This document shows, one piece after another, positions 18,188 through 53,519 of a DNA stretch of 64,000 bases. The stretch lies in NCBI RefSeq assembly GCF_009914755.1, contig NC_060935.1. One strand, written 5' to 3'. The DNA is from the human T2T-CHM13v2.0 reference genome, Homo sapiens. The position numbers and the translations under genes were made by a program. Within the stretch, counting starts at the first letter, position 1; each line of letters starts with the position of its first letter. The notes below the pieces were generated by a model. It did not search any database and was not told the origin of the DNA. It worked only from the letters and a program-made list of their open reading frames with translations.

Positions 18188-20579
18188 TGATCACCCGCCT
18201 CCACCTCCCAAAGTGCTGGGATTACAGGTGTGAGCCACTGTGCCCAGCCTTGAGGCAGGTGTTACTGAGCACTGAGAAGGAGCCAGCAATCTGAAGAGGA
18301 AGGGAAGAAGCGCTCCCCACAGAGGCAGCACAGAGGGCGAGGCCTGGCCGATGGCATGTGGCGCACAGTGTGGCCTTTGTACCTGCTCTCTGGGTGCTGC
18401 CTGATGCCATTTAGTCTGGAAACCCCATGGCGGGAAGCTTGGCTCCCAGCATTCCTGCCGGGGCCCAGCCCCACCATCCTTTCAGACTTGACCCCCTCCT
18501 GGGCACACCCTCATCCCAGGAAGAGCTCAGGTCACTTTAGGACCATCTGATGGACAGGGAGAGGGGCTCTGGCACAGCACTTGCTCATTCCAGGAGGGCT
18601 CCCTGGGGGAAGAGTCTAGGTGAGCTGTGGAGGGGAGAAGATGCTGGTGAGGCCTGACCAGTGGTGGCTGGGTGTGAGGGGCCTCAAGTGGGGACACCAG
18701 CAGGGTGTGGGGATGGGGGCCATTGCCACGGCAGGCCCTGCTCCTGGGCCTCTGCCCCTTGGTGCAGGGAAGCCACGCCTGTGATGGTGAGGCCCCACTG
18801 CGTGGAGTCTAGGGGGCCTCTGTGCCCTGCGCGATGCTGCCTGCCTGCCCACCCCAGGTGTGGTAACAGCCCTCACAAGAATTGGTGAGGTGTGGACTGC
18901 TGCTGCCTCTCAGCCACCTACAGGGAGTCCGCATTCCATCACCGCGTGGAGCTGCCCTGCCATGAACCACATCAATACCTGGCTCCCAGGCACTTCCTGC
19001 GTAGTGGTCCCCAGGGGTCAGCCCCCACTGCTGACTCAGGCAGGCCACACTCTTGAGAGGTCAGGGAGAAGGTCAAAGCAGGGCCTCATAGAGCAAATGA
19101 CCCTTGAGGCAGTGGGAGTGGCGCCTCAAGTGGGAGGCGGAGGGAGGCCCATAGCCCTAGGGGTGAGCCCCATAGCCCTAGGGGTGGAGGGTGGGACAAT
19201 CCCATGCTGCCGCAGCAAGGTGGGTAGCAGGAGTAGGGGGGGAATGTTGGGGACAAGAGAGGATGCCTGGAGGTCAGTGGGCTCTCTGAAGCTGATGAGC
19301 AGCTTGCCTTCCACCCTACAGGCACCTTGGCCATGGGCTACCGTGTGCAGCCCCCAAGCTGGGAGGCTGGGAGAGGCACCAGATGGGCAGCAGGGAGCAG
19401 GACCCATGATGACAGCAATGCCCAGGAGGTGGAGGTGGAGATGTGTTGGGAGGGAGGGTGCATCCAGGGAGCTGCTTGCTGAAGGTGGAGGGGCTGGGTG
19501 CTTGTGGTCACGTCTGTGAGAACAGACACTCAGTAGGAGGGGAGCCAGCCTCCCTGCCCAGGGTTGCAGGTGCTCAGCCTACCCGAGTCGTGCTGCCCAC
19601 CAACCTCTGTCACTGTGGTTCTCTCCCACAACCTGCCACCCCTTCAGGGGTCCCAGGTGGGGGCAGGGAAGGAGGCTGACTGCACCTCGAGCTGCCCTGG
19701 TAAACTGCCTGCCTCTCCTCTCCTGCCAAACTCGGGGGTACAGTGTTGTCCTCATGGACACGCATAACACAAAGCCCCTTTCTTTCCCGGATACCACCTC
19801 TTTATCCTCTCATCATACAAATGAGAAAACAGACGTGGAGCTTCCTACAGGGCACCTGTGAGCTAATGAGTGTCTCCATTAGTAAATAGGGGGTGGTGGT
19901 AGCAAATAGCCCACCCCACTGGCTGTGCACCCCACGCTACCCAGGCAGCTCCCTGCTATCGGGGAAGCCCAGCTCCGTCTCTGTCACTCTGCTGCCTGTT
20001 TCCTCTGCTCCTGGGCTATTATCTGGGCTGGCTGAGGCCAAGCAAGGCCTCTAGAGGAAGTGTCCCCTCCAAGGTCTGTTGCCACTGGCTGGGCCTCTAG
20101 GAAGGGTTGAGAGGGCTTCCAGGGCTGGGGTGGCCCTCTAGGACAGCCTGGTGTGGGTGGCGGTGGGGCTGTGGCCTCAGTGGCCCTGACTGCTAAGCAT
20201 GTGGCTGAGCTTGCTGGAGTGAGGACGTCCTTGGGTGGGGGCACGGAGGACTGGCCCTGGAAGCTGCTCCAGGCCCTGGAGGGCCCAAGACTAAACAGCA
20301 CCTGGCAAGAGAACCTTGCATAGCTGTCTCCAGGTTGGACAGGTGGGGCTTCAGGCCTGGAGATAAGGGCAGACCAGGCCACGGTGTCCTGGACCAGAGA
20401 GCCCTGGACATCTGGGCTGCACCTGGCAGAGCTGTGCGTGTGGCCTTCCTGGGCTCTTGGTGGCCGAAAGACCAATGTTAAAAAACATAACAGGCCAGGC
20501 GGGGTGGCTTACACCTGTAATCCCAGCACCGTGGGAGGCCAAGGCGGGTGGATCATTTTAGGTCAGGAGTTTGAGACTA

Positions 20580-20870
<291 letters not shown>

Positions 20871-21004
20871 CTAGCATGCCCAAGGCCATAGCAACTGAGA
20901 CCAGAAGGCCAAGGGTGTTACTCAGCATCAGTGGTTCTGGGCCTTCCTGGGTCTAGAGTCCCTTTGAAACGCAGCTGAACAGACCCCAACATGAGCCTGA
21001 AGAG

Positions 21005-22987
<1,983 letters not shown>

Positions 22988-24903
22988 CAGGTAAGGAGCC
23001 CTGCTCAGGGTGGGAAACACAGATAATACTTAACACGTTTTGGGAAGGAGTAAAGAAGTGAAGGCCAGGCGTGGTAGCTCACGCCTGTAATCCCAGCACT
23101 TTGGGAGGCAGAGGTGAGCGGATCACCTGAGGTCCGGAGTTCGAGCCCAGCCTGACCAACATGGAGAAACCCCGTCTCTACTAAAAATACAAAATTAGCA
23201 GGGCGTGGTGGTGCATGCTTGTAATCCCAGCTACTCAGGAGGCTGAGGCAGGAGAATCGCTTGAACCTGGGAGGTGGAGATTGCAGTGAGCCGAGATTGT
23301 GCCATTGTCTGGGCAACAAGAGCAAAACTCCATCTCAAAACAAAACAACACAACAACAACAAAAAAACAAAGGCTTAGCTCACAGGTATGCACTAGAGAG
23401 GTTGAGCTAGTATGCTAGCTGTGTGATTATTCCTTCTGTCTTGCTGCTCTGCCATTTTAAACACGTCTTTACCTTATGATCCACTGTGGCTGCTTGAGTT
23501 CCAGCCATCACATTCATCGTCCAGCCTGCAGGAAGGAGGAAATGAAGAACAGAAGATAAAAGGCCCATGCCAGCTGTCTGTCAAGAAGCTTTTTCTGGAA
23601 GCTGTCATATATCCCTTCCACTTACATCTCACTGGACAGAACTTAGTCACATGGTCATACTAGCTGCAAAGGAAGCTGAGAAGTATCAACTTCACTCCAG
23701 GGTGCCATGTGTCTAAATTAAAAATTATGAGTTTTTTTAGTCAGGGAGAGAGAGAGAAAGGATATTGGGTGGACAGCAAGCAGTGTGGCCACACAGGGAT
23801 CACCTCTGAGAAGAGGGACCTTTGAGGTTCCATGCTTCCCAGGAGATGCCCACTTCCCTGCCTTTCCTGTCAGCCATGGAAGGGCATGGTTAATACGAAG
23901 CTGGCCCAGATCCACGTGTGGTCCCCTCATCTCCCCAGTGACTTCTCTCCAAGCCTCTGTCCCCATTCCCTGCAACCTTGGTCACCAAAGTCACCCTGAT
24001 TCCCAATTGTGGGTCCTCCAATCTCTTCCCTTTCAGCATCTACCAGACAATGTTCCCCGCTGGGATGCCCCTGCCCAGATCACTCTAACCTTCAGGGCCC
24101 CAAGTCAGTTTCACTGCTGAGGACAACAGCCCTCTTTCCTGGTTCCCTGTCCCTTTCCTGAATTAGTTTCTGCGGGAACTGAGCCACATGGTTCGGCTTC
24201 ATCAAAGATAGATTTGCCAAATTGACATACAATTCACATATCATAAAATTCAGCCTGTAAAATTGTACAAAGGCTAGGCATGGTGGCTCATGCCTGTAAT
24301 CCCAGCACTTTGTGGGGGTGAAGGGGGATGCTTACTTGAGTCCAGGAGTTTGAGACCAGTCTGGGCAATATAATGAGACCTTGTCTCTTTTTTTTTTTTA
24401 AAGTGTACAAGTCGGTTGTTTTCAATATATTCACCGAGTTGTGCAACCATCACCACTAAGGCACAGGCGGATCTTTTTTTTTTTTTTTTTTGAGATGGAG
24501 TCTTGCTCTGGCACAATCTCGGCTCACTGCAAGCTCCGCGTCCCGGGTTCATGCCATTCTCCTGCCTCAGCCTCCTGAGTAGCTGGGACTACAGGCGCCC
24601 GCCACCATGCCCGGCTAATTTTTTGTATTTTTAGTAGAGACGGGGTTTCACCGTGTTAGCCAGGATGGTCTCGATCTCCTGACCTCGTGATCCGCCCGCC
24701 TTGGCCTCCCAAAGGCCTCCCGGCCTTTTTTTTTTTTTTTTTTTTTGAGACAGGGTCTCCTTCTGTCACCCAGGCTGGAGTGCAGTGGCACGATCTCGGC
24801 TCACCACCAGCCTCTACCTCCTGGGTTCAAGTGATCTTCCTGCCTCAGTCTCCCTAGTAACTGGGACTACAGGCATGAACCACCATGCTCAGATAATTTT
24901 TGA

Positions 24904-25032
<129 letters not shown>

Positions 25033-25958
25033 TAAGACAGATCTTTAATCTCAGTGACTTCTCACCAAAAGAAGCTGCTTTTCTCCTCTGAGCATTGCAA
25101 TTCTCATGTCATTATGAGTGGCCCAATCAGGTGTTCAGAGGTTCCACTTGCTCACCTGTGTCTCCTCACAGTCACATAGGTATCTTCCCTTCAGTGCCTC
25201 TTTGCTGAAAATCATCTCTGCACCAGGCACTGTGCGAGGCTCTGGGGATACAGCAGTGAATATGCCGTGCATGGGCCCTGCAGGCATCAGGTACCAGGTG
25301 GGAAGGGTGTTCCAGGGGTGGGAACAGCCACTGCTAAGGTCTGCAGGCCAGGAAGATGAGGGAGGTCTGGGCTGAGCAGTGGTGAGGATGGAGATGGGAT
25401 ATTGCCCGCAAGCTGTGGCTCGCGTGGTTTATCTTGGTGGAGAGCTGGGTGTTTCCAGTGTTTGGCTGGGGCAGCTTCCAGCTTTGGACACACTTCTATT
25501 TTTGTTTCCTCTTGGGCTCCTTCTACAGGGCTTATTCCCAAACGCTGGAGTGCTGGGTCAAAGGGCTCCGGAGGTTTTATTGGTCTCAGGAAATTCTGAG
25601 ACCGTGCTGACTTGTACGCTTTTAGAGAGTGAATTTTATGACATGTGAATTGTATGCCAATTTGGCAAATCTATCTTTGATGAAGCTGACCAGTGTGGCC
25701 CAGTTCCCACATGGAACAATTCAGGGCAGGGACAGGGAGCCAGGTGTGAGGGCTGTTGCCTCTGAGCCACCTGTGACCTGTGCTGTGTTCTCTGCTGCAG
25801 TTGCCAACTAGAGTTGAGTTTTACCTTTTGGATTTATTTTTTGCCAGTTTAATGGATGTTTAATGGCACCTCGGAGCTGTCTTTAATGTGTGTGTCTTTA
25901 ATTACGAGGGCAACTGGCAGCCATGGGGCTTGGCCCTGGATTTCCACCTTGTTTCCTA

Positions 25959-26521
<563 letters not shown>

Positions 26522-26601
26522 TCATTTGTTCAAAAACATAAAAAAAAAAAAAACTGCCTTCAGTATCTTGGCTCTGCCACTTCCTGGCTGTGTGGCCTTA
26601 A

Positions 26602-26901
<300 letters not shown>

Positions 26902-27143
26902 TGATCTGCCCACCTCGGTCTCCCAAAGTGGTGGGATTACAGGTGTGAGCCATCGCGCCCGGCCAGCTCCTGTATTTTGCAGCTGAGGAGGGGATTAAGT
27001 GATTGAGATGTGGGAAGTGCTTAGAATGGAGCCCAGCAGAGATCAGTGGGCAGCGGACATCGGTGCTCTCATGGACCCAGTGGGCTCAGCACTGCGCTCT
27101 CTGCACTGCAGTCATGGGTGAGCCCATGATGGCTTCCACTTGA

Positions 27144-27464
<321 letters not shown>

Positions 27465-27606
27465 TGAACCCCTGGGCTCAAGCAATCCTCTTGCCTCAGC
27501 CTCACAAAGTGCTGGGATTACAGGTGTGAGCTACCATGCCAGGTCATGAAAGGACTTTTCTGAGAAAGGGACATTTGAGAGACCAGTATGGGATAAGGGG
27601 AAAGGG

Positions 27607-27713
27607 TGTGTGTGTGTGTGCGTGTGTGTGTGTGAATGTGTGTGAGCATGTGTGAATGTGTGTAAGCATGTGTGAATGTGCATGCGTGTGAGCATGTGTG
27701 AATGTGTGTGTGT
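27607..27713. repeat. (TG)n-derived imperfect microsatellite
   Basis: TG runs with GAATGTGTG and AGCATGTGTG variants. Confidence 0.9.
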
Positions 27714-28740
27714 AGGGAGTTGGGGAGTGTGTGACTCAGACATGTTGAGCTCCAAGTTGAGTGGTCGGCGATGCAAAGGTGCCGAGTGGGGGAGAGCGAT
27801 TGAGGAACCAGCGTGGCCAGAGTGGAGGAGAGGAGGAAGGATGAGGTCAGGGTGGTGAGGCGGCACCTCTCCACGGCCTTGAAGGTCATGGTGAGCTGCT
27901 GAGTCAACTCAGGGAGAAGCCACTGGAGAGCTTTAAGCCCGGCATGGCCGTGAGCCAGGCAGTTTCTGAATGACTCCTTCAGTGCTGGGTGGATGCCCCC
28001 TGGAGGAGGATTCGTGCCTGCACCCCAGCATGGCTTGGAGGCACAGGGTGAGGCACAGCAAGTGCCCCCCTGGAGCATGGGAGTGCCCGGGGAGAACAGG
28101 AAGGGAGAGCCGGCCTGGTGTCAGGTAGTGGGGGCTGGGCCGGGCCTCACTCTACAGTAGCGGGACCCCAGGCCGCGCAGGCTGCACTCTGAGTCACGGG
28201 GCACCTGGACGGGCACTGGGCAAATGGCCCTGGGCCCCACCCTTCCTGGCTCTGGCTTCCCACTGCCTCCTGCCACCTGGGTAGCTCTTTGGGACCACTC
28301 CCCTGGGCATTACTGCTAACTCCACCTCCACTATTTCACCCTCAAGTGGTGGGTGGGGAGACGACCCCTTCTCAGACACTTGGGTGGGAAGGAGGGGGAC
28401 CCCGAAGATCTAGCAACAGAGGGTCAGCTGCCCAGAAGGCTTTGGAGGCTGTTTTTTGTTTTTTGAGACTGGGGCCCTGAATTATCTGCTTAGAGAGCTG
28501 GGCCCCAGCCAGGCCGCTGGGGTGCCAGGCGGAGCTCCGGGGCTGCCTGCAGCAGGGAGAAAGCCTCACTCTGACCTGGCTCTGGTTGGCTCAGGGCTCT
28601 TGCTGGATCTGGGCCCCCACCTGCCCTGGCCTCCTTGGCTTCCCCTTCCGCCCAAACCCCAGAGCCCTCCTGCTTCTGGCCTTTGAGACTGAACCAGAGC
28701 TAGCTAAAAAATTCGAACCCAGGCCGGGAGTGGTGGCTCA

Positions 28741-29751
<1,011 letters not shown>

Positions 29752-30003
29752 TAAAATATCCGTCAGCAGAAGGCTATTTAAATGATGACGGGATAGCCAC
29801 GTGGTAAAATACTACACAGCTGTTAAAAAGGTCAAGGTTCTGAACAGAAATGAAATGGACTGCAAAATACATTGTGAAGCAAGGAAGGTGTGTGGCTGTG
29901 TATGTGGTTGCAGCCACTTGTTACAGGCTCACACATGCAGCCATTTGTATCCTCAGGAAGGACACAAGAAATTGCCTTTGGAAACGGGATGGGGACCCGG
30001 TGA

Positions 30004-30840
<837 letters not shown>

Positions 30841-31860
30841 TAGTGTTTTTGTACAGATGGGGTCTTGCTATATTGTCCAGGCTGGTCTCCAACTACTGGG
30901 CTCAAGTGATCCTCCTGCCTCAGCCTCCCAAGATGCTTGGATTACAGGCATGAGCCACCACACCTGGCCTCATTCTTGACACTTTTGATCATGTGCTGTA
31001 TCTGAAAAAAAATTTTAAGGGAAAAGTCCAAGGTAAAGGGACCACTTCCACCCTTTAAAGAACACCCCTGAACACCTAAATGGGCCTTGGAATCCCCGGA
31101 TCTCAGCGTCAGCTGATGAGCAAAGCCCCTCTCCAGCCTCCCCTCCTCCCCACAGATTCCCTCTGCCTGACTCAGCTGAGGCGAGTCAGATAACCAGATG
31201 GAGGTGCAGCCAGGCTTGTCTGGAGTGACAGATGTGAGAGCAATAGAGACATGGCCCTGCCCCTAAGGCCTGAGGAAGGGTGTGACTCAGATATTGAGCA
31301 AGACAGAGGCCCTCAGTCACCAGGAGGTGAGCCCCTGTCACCACACTTGGATAACCCCGTGGGAGCTGCTGGGCGCGCACAGGACAGGTGCTCCTGAGGG
31401 ATGCCCGTGCGGGGGTGGGTATGCAAATAGGAACAAGCTTTGCAGAGTGGACGGATGCTTGATATTATTATTATTATTTTAATATTATAAAATACTTTAT
31501 TAAAATTCAGGAAGGGTTAGGTCAGGTGTGGCTCATGCCTGTAATCGCAGAACATTGGGAGGCTGAGTCACTTGAGGTCAGGAGTTTCAGACCAGCCTGG
31601 GCGATATGGTGAAAACCTCATCTCTACAAAAAATACAAAAATTAGCTGGGCGTGGTGGTGATGGGTGCCTGTAGTCCCTGGGGAGGCTGAGGCATGAGAA
31701 TTGGTTGAAGCCAGAGGTGGAGACTGCAGTGAGCCAAGATCACGCCACTGTACTCCAGCCTGGGCAATAGAGTGAGTGAGACTCCATCTCCTCCCACCCC
31801 AAAAAAAAAGTAAAATAAAAAAGTAATAAGATTCAGGAAGGGTTAGTATTTTTAATTCAG

Positions 31861-32035
31861 TATATATATATACATACATATATATACACATACATATATA
31901 TACACATACATATATATACACATACATATATACATACATATACATATACACACACATATATACATATATACACATATATACATATATACACATATATACA
32001 TATATACACACATATATATACACACACACATATAT

Positions 32036-32125
<90 letters not shown>
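31861..32125. repeat. Compound (TA)n/(CA)n/(TACA)n microsatellite, ~265 bp
   Basis: Directly visible; abuts the tail of a minus-strand Alu. Confidence 0.95.
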
Positions 32126-32127
<2 letters not shown>

Positions 32128-32161
32128 GAGTTTTGCTGTTGTCCCCCAGGCTGGAGTGTAG

Positions 32162-32413
<252 letters not shown>

Positions 32414-32414
32414 T

Positions 32415-33053
<639 letters not shown>

Positions 33054-33989
33054 TGATCCTTGATATTATTAATACTAAAGATAATAATCAGGTTGGGTGT
33101 GGTGGCTCACACCTGTAATCCCAGCACTTTGGGAGGCTGAGGTGGGCAGATCACCTAAGGTCGGGAGTTTGAGACCAGCCTGGCCAACATGGTGAAACCC
33201 CATCTCTACTAAAAAAAATAGAAAAATTAGTCAGGCATGGCAGCGCATGCCTGTAATCCCAGCTCTGTAGGGAGCTGAGGCAGAAGAACCGCTTGAACCC
33301 AGGAGATAGAGGCTGCAGTGAGCCGAGATTGCTCCACCACACTCCAGCGTAGGTGATAGGGCGAGACTCTGTCTCAAAAATAATAATAATAATAATAATA
33401 ATCACCCCAGGGACATTTAATGAAGGCTTGTGCTGGGCATCAAGGCCTGGAATTCTGGCAACAATGAGAGGATCACTCCCATTTCCAGAGGTATTTCAAA
33501 AGGGCTGAACAGCTGGCTGTGCTCCTCTGCTACCAATCCTGCATGGCTTCCTGTGGCCTGGTCAAGCCCAGCTCACCTTGACTATGGGTGCCCCTTGCTC
33601 CTTGCACTCTTGCCCCACTGCCTTCTTTTAGTTGGCTCTGCCACTTAAAAGCTGTGTGACCTTAGGCAAATTACTTAACCTCTCTGTTCCCTCCTCTATA
33701 AAATGGAGATAATCCATAGTCCTTATTTCACAGACTAGTCCAGAGCCAACACGTTAGTAAGTGTAAAGCACTTACAACCATGCCTAGCTCAAGGGAAGCC
33801 CGTGTTTGCTATGATGTCATTATTACGCCATATTTCATCAAATCTAAGATGTTGGCCAGATGTAGTGGTGCACGCCTGTAATCCCAGCACTTTGGGAGGT
33901 CAAGGCAAGCGGATTGCTTGAGATCAGGAGTTCAAGACCAGCCTGGGCAACATGGTGAAACCCCATCTTTACAAAAAATACAAAAATTA

Positions 33990-34151
<162 letters not shown>

Positions 34152-34561
34152 CTAAGATGTCATCGATTATAAAAATGTCACTAAGAAAAGAGAATGCTGC
34201 CAGTTAACGATGTCCCAAGGTTCTTTCATCACTAGAATTTTTCTTTTGTATTTCTCGAAAGAGCTCTGTTTCACTTAAATGTAGATTCTTATCATATATA
34301 ATTCTCATGCACACATAAAAAGGATAATAGAAGCAAAATAAATTGGTTACCATGTTCAGAAAACTCCTTCACATTTAGAGTCCAACTTGTTTGAATCATT
34401 TTTGGTCTGAGAGTCGTGATGTCTGTGTCTGCCTGCCACCTCCTTCTCTGAGTCCTTGAGAGTTCTACGGAGAGCAGTACTGCTCCAAACATTCCATAAA
34501 ACAGCCAGGCGCTCTTAAGCCAGCTTTACAATTGTGCAGATGAAGTGGAGCCGAGTTTTCA

Positions 34562-34744
<183 letters not shown>

Positions 34745-34763
34745 CTATAATCCCAGCTACTCA

Positions 34764-34871
<108 letters not shown>

Positions 34872-36154
34872 TCACCAAAAAAAAAAAAAAAAAAAAGGGA
34901 GTGTCACTGACAAGCCTGGTTCCCTTCCCCTGGGGTTTCCCACCATTTGAGTCCCAGGGCTAAAAAGGGTTCTGCTTGCCTCTAGGATTTCTTCCAAGCT
35001 GCTGACACTCTTCTGAAGGATTTGATGCTGGTGCTTTTCAGGTGTGGGTCCTGACAGTGATGTTGGGACGGCAGCTAGCCAGACAGCAACTGTACCATGT
35101 AAACTCACTTCAGAGGTGTAGAATGGGGGCTGCGTGAGGCAGCTCATGCCGTCATCTCAGCCCTTCAGGAGGCCAAGGCGGGAGGATCACTTGAGCCCAG
35201 GAGTTCGAGACCAGCCCGGGCAACACAGCAAGACTCTGTCTGTACAAAAAACAAGCAAAATAATTAGCCAGGTGTGGTGGCACACACCCGTAGTCCCAGT
35301 TACTCAGAAGGCTGAAGTAGGAGAATTGCTTAAGCCCAGGAGGTTGAAGTTGCAGCGAGTTGTGATCTTGCAACTGCACTCCAGACTAGGTCACAGATTC
35401 AGACTCTGTCTCTTAAAAACAAAACAAAACAAAAAGTGAAACGTGAACATTAAGCATCTTGGAATAGATAAAACATGCATAATTTCCAATCTTTTTGCTG
35501 ACCATGCTTCCAGCTGCCTCAGAGCAGTTGCACATTCTGTTCCTGCTGCCTGGAATACCCTCCCTTCCTTTCCACTTTGCCCTGTTAACCCAGCCATCCC
35601 TGATCTCATGCGTACTCCAGGATGCCTTCCCTGATCATCCTGCCGAGGTCAAATCCCCTCCCCTTCATAGCACCTAGTACGGCTACAACAGTCTCGAGTG
35701 TATAGAGGATGGGGTGGGGTGAGGTCACAGGAATGATGCTCCCTTCTATCTGGGGTTCAAGGGAGGCTTCTTGGAGGAGCATCTGAACCAGGCTTCCCAG
35801 GGGATGTGGTTTGGGTAACTTTGAGAAATACTGAAGGGAAAAGAAAGAACGCTGTAGTGAGTGAAGCCTGGCATTTGGGAAGATGGGTGTGTGGGTGACC
35901 AAACTCACCACGCAAGGCCCAGAGCCCTTTTGAGGCCCTCGAAGGTCCCAGGCTGGGGTCATCCTCTCCAGTTTCAGTTTGAGAAAACAAGGCCCAGAGA
36001 GGTGAAGGGCTGTTCGGTCATTGCCCATGGAGCCAGGGGAGCTGTGGGCCTTCCGCCGCCAACCTCTGGGCTAGCCCTGCAGAGATGCTAGGAGGATGCA
36101 GGGAGGTGAGGTGGGGGCTGAGGTAGGACTCAGACTGCCCAGGCCCGCCTGCAC

Positions 36155-36250
36155 CCGGAAGGAGGAAGCTGCACAGGGTGTCTGTGGCTGGCCCCGGGAT
36201 CCCCCACTCGGGGACTTCCTCTTCCTCTCAGGGCAGGTGCAGCTGCCACA
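36155..36250 (+). promoter_or_regulatory. CCDC88B proximal promoter with overlapping NF-kB and PU.1/ETS motifs and E-boxes
   Basis: GGGGACTTCC at 36210-36219 overlaps ACTTCCTCTT (AAGAGGAAGT on the minus strand) at 36214-36223; CCGGAAGGAGGAAG near 36155; CAGGTG/CAGCTG at 36234-36245. Confidence 0.6.
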
Positions 36251-36275
36251 GTGAGACGGGCACCCCGACCCGGGC

Positions 36276-53099
<16,824 letters not shown>

Positions 53100-53513
53100 C
53101 ACCGTGGGAACAGCAGGCTTGGGAGTGCAGCCTTCTCGGCACTGGAGTGTCAGCGGAGGCCCCAGGCAGCCCAAGAGCTCAGGGAGCCAGGGACCCCAAG
53201 GGGAGTCCTTGGACAAGGAGGCCTGGGCCCTGAGATCCTCCACGGTCAGCGCCGGGGCCCGGAGATGGAGCTGGGACGAGTGTGTGGACAGGGGGGATGG
53301 CTGGCCCCCACGAGCAGCTCCAGGCTGGAGTTCTGGTTCTTCCAGGTGGCTCCCGCTGAGGCAGCGGTCTCTGGGGGATCCCCCAGCTGAAGGAGGCTGG
53401 CAGGAGTTGGCAAGAGAACCCCCTGCCCTGTCCAGGTGGGAAGCTGAGTCCCAGTGCTGGGGGACTGTGGCCTGGGCTGATCTTGAGCCTTAACTGGACA
53501 TGAGGGGCATGAG

Positions 53514-53519
53514 AATAAA
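53514..53519 (+). terminator. CCDC88B polyadenylation signal
   Basis: AATAAA ~415 nt after the stop codon. Confidence 0.85.

Noticed and set aside
18262-20475. Several 60-220 aa ORFs in the Alu-free stretch after PRDX5, as a possible hidden gene
   Set aside because: No recognisable domain, no [14 protein letters not shown] chain or codon bias; a lncRNA cannot be excluded from sequence alone.
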